This document shows, one piece after another, positions 54,447 to 55,934 of a stretch of 55,934 bases of DNA. Under the pieces are notes generated by a model. That model had not been told where the DNA came from and did no database searches. It was given only the letters and a program-made list of their open reading frames with translations. The DNA lies in the NCBI GenBank assembly GCA_038997355.1, contig JAWBAC010000002.1, forward strand, positions 1 through 55,934, read 5' to 3'. This DNA comes from Candidatus Aenigmatarchaeota archaeon (GTDB lineage Archaea; Aenigmatarchaeota; Aenigmatarchaeia; CG10238-14; SpSt-28). The translations under genes were made by a program, and so were the position numbers. Position 1 is the first letter of the stretch. Each line of letters starts with the position of its first letter.

Positions 54447-55265
54447 TTATATATTTATTTTTTCCAAAACAATTGAAGAGAGTTCTTTTTCAACTATTTT
54501 TTTAAAGTTTTTTAGTAAAAAATCATCTACATCGTAATGGAACTTTTTGTTTATTAGTTTAAATATATTGTTTTTTAAATTTTCATCTATACGCAATTCT
54601 AAGAAATTTTTAAATTTTTTAATAGTCAACACAGGCTTATTAAGAACTGCAGCATAAAGTATTTCTCTGTAAAATTTGTTTTTGGAGAAATCAAGTATTA
54701 TATCAACATACTTCAAAAGTTTTATTAATTCATTTCTTTCTAAATTCTTTTTTATAAATCTTATATTTTTTGAATTAGATACATTTTCATTAAATATCCC
54801 ATATATAAAAATTTCAAAATCTTCTAATAACGAAGTTATCAATCCTATTATTTCAAAAGTTAACTTTTCAGTAAGGATTAATAGCGAATTTTTTTGCTTT
54901 AGTTGATATAAATTTTCTATTTTATCTTTTCTAACTATTTCATCATTTATAACAAACGGAAAATAAATTATGTTATCTAAAAAGACTTTTTCTTTTCTGT
55001 AAACATAAACTTTATCTTTTTGTGCAAGATTTATATCATCTATAACATTTATAACTTTTTTTAGTTCGAAATTGTTATCAGATAAATTAATAATTATATC
55101 AACTTCATCATAAAAATTTTTTAGTTCTTCGAAAGACAAAAGAAAAATATTATTTATCCTTCTTTTTTCAATTTCATTTAAAGAAAAATAAAAAAATTCA
55201 AAAGGTAAAAATCTTAAACCATCTATTAAATCGATATCATACTCGCTTATTATTCCAACTTTCAT
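54447..55265 (-). CDS. Hypothetical protein (possible Rossmann-like/GT-B half-like C-terminal region)
   Basis: 272 aa, packed between the PqqD-like and MinD-like genes. The segment NIRFIKK.LERNELIKLLKYVDIILDFS...EILYAAVLNKPVLT vaguely resembles a GT-B C-terminal domain. Not assignable by eye. Confidence 0.4.
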   Translation of the reverse strand: MKVGIISEYDIDLIDGLRFLPFEFFYFSLNEIEKRRINNIFLLSFEELKNFYDEVDIIINLSDNNFELKKVINVIDDINLAQKDKVYVYRKEKVFLDNIIYFPFVINDEIVRKDKIENLYQLKQKNSLLILTEKLTFEIIGLITSLLEDFEIFIYGIFNENVSNSKNIRFIKKNLERNELIKLLKYVDIILDFSKNKFYREILYAAVLNKPVLTIKKFKNFLELRIDENLKNNIFKLINKKFHYDVDDFLLKNFKKIVEKELSSIVLEKINI

Positions 55266-55268
55266 AAA

Positions 55269-55538
55269 CTATATCCAACTTATAAAATTTAATTCTGTAA
55301 GTTCTTTGAATATTTCATCTAAAACTTTTTTTATCATTTCTTTATCCATTCCTGTTTTTTGCGATAAAATTTCTAGAATTTCTTCATAAGTTTTTTTACC
55401 ATCGCAATATTTCAATAAACCAACAGCTATTGGATCTATTTGATATAGTTTTTCTTTATCTATTGTTGCATAGTAAGTATTTAAATAATTAATTATAGTT
55501 AAGTTTTCATTCTTTTTTGGCTTTTTTCCTTCAAACAT
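55269..55538 (-). CDS. PqqD-like (RiPP-recognition-element-type) small winged-helix protein
   Basis: LYQIDPIAVGLLKYCDGKKTYEEILEILSQKTGMDKEMIKKVLDEIFKELTELNFI follows the PqqD pattern (L.LN..a..iw.l.DG..T.eEi...l......v..dv..fl..L...g.i). Confidence 0.55.
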   Translation of the reverse strand: MFEGKKPKKNENLTIINYLNTYYATIDKEKLYQIDPIAVGLLKYCDGKKTYEEILEILSQKTGMDKEMIKKVLDEIFKELTELNFISWI

Positions 55539-55539
55539 T

Positions 55540-55815
55540 TCACTTTCCTAATCTTTTTCTCAATTCTTCTAAGATTTCTTCATCTGTTACTTTTTGTGCA
55601 AATTTCTGCTTTAAATAGCATAATTTTGCTTTTCCAACTTTTCTTTGATATACTATTTCTGCACCTATTAGTTCATGCAAATACTTAGCTACTGTTATTC
55701 TACTATAACCAAGCATATCAGATATTTGCTGAATTGTTAAACCTTCTGGATGGTTTCTCAATAAATCTATTATTAACTTTCTTACATCTTCTTTCTTTTT
55801 TTCTTTTTCTTCCAT
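55540..55815 (-). CDS. Winged-helix transcriptional regulator
   Basis: LIIDLLRNHPEGLTIQQISDMLGYSRITVAKYLHELIGAEIVYQRKVGKAKLCYL. It is the first gene of a four-gene cluster with gaps of 1 nt (55539), 3 nt (55266-55268) and 16 nt (54431-54446). Confidence 0.6.
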   Translation of the reverse strand: MEEKEKKKEDVRKLIIDLLRNHPEGLTIQQISDMLGYSRITVAKYLHELIGAEIVYQRKVGKAKLCYLKQKFAQKVTDEEILEELRKRLGK

Positions 55816-55871
55816 AAATATAGTTAATTAAAAATATTTATATTTATTGTTTAACACATTTGTTAACTATT

Positions 55872-55934
55872 TTAAATATTTTTTGCATTTATTTCTATGA
55901 ACTTTTTTAGCTCTTTTTCAAAAATTTTTGAAGA
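55872..55934 (-). CDS. Possible 3' end of a gene entering from the right edge
   Basis: The minus-strand frame reads ...SSKIFEKELKKFIEINAKNI then TAA at 55872-55874. It is too short to assess. Confidence 0.2.
   Translation of the reverse strand, partial: SSKIFEKELKKFIEINAKNI

Overview
This is a very AT-rich, tightly packed archaeal chromosomal segment. Intergenic gaps are tiny and many start and stop codons overlap as ATGA. It is most consistent with a small-genome DPANN or Nanoarchaeota-like archaeon. The code is standard: TAA, TAG and TGA all end recognisable genes. I support about 80 features. Most are information-processing genes: two intact family-B DNA polymerases, RadA, a KaiC/RadB-like ATPase, three RPA-like OB-fold proteins, PCNA, RFC large subunit, NurA-HerA, a solo Cas4-like nuclease and a histone. 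The same class includes TFB, TFS, SRP54 and FtsY, aIF1A, aIF2-beta, MetRS, ProRS, Bud32, a RIO kinase and 11 ribosomal proteins. RNA genes are a stand-alone 5S rRNA and four tRNAs: Leu-GAG, Asp-GTC with a 16-nt intron, Ala-CGC and Pro-TGG. All are conspicuous GC-rich islands. Accessory content is a type IV pilus-like locus (ATPase, a platform split into two genes, a pilin, and a stop-interrupted pilin paralog), a 956-aa secreted multidomain protein, a HEPN-MNT pair, and a wHTH/PqqD-like/unknown/MinD-like operon. I saw no CRISPR array, transposase, integrase or rRNA operon. There are two best leads. (1) An apparent operon at 912-4955 encodes a wHTH protein, a DP1/B-subunit-like protein with a degenerate phosphodiesterase domain, and a PolB with an extra C-terminal zinc-ribbon tail. 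This may be a two-subunit, eukaryote-style family-B polymerase. (2) Directly upstream of it lies an array of 21-bp iteron-like repeats with an inverted copy, next to a nearly G/C-free stretch (4956-5403). That could be an origin-like or operator element. All family calls come from motif recognition by eye. No searches or computations were run.
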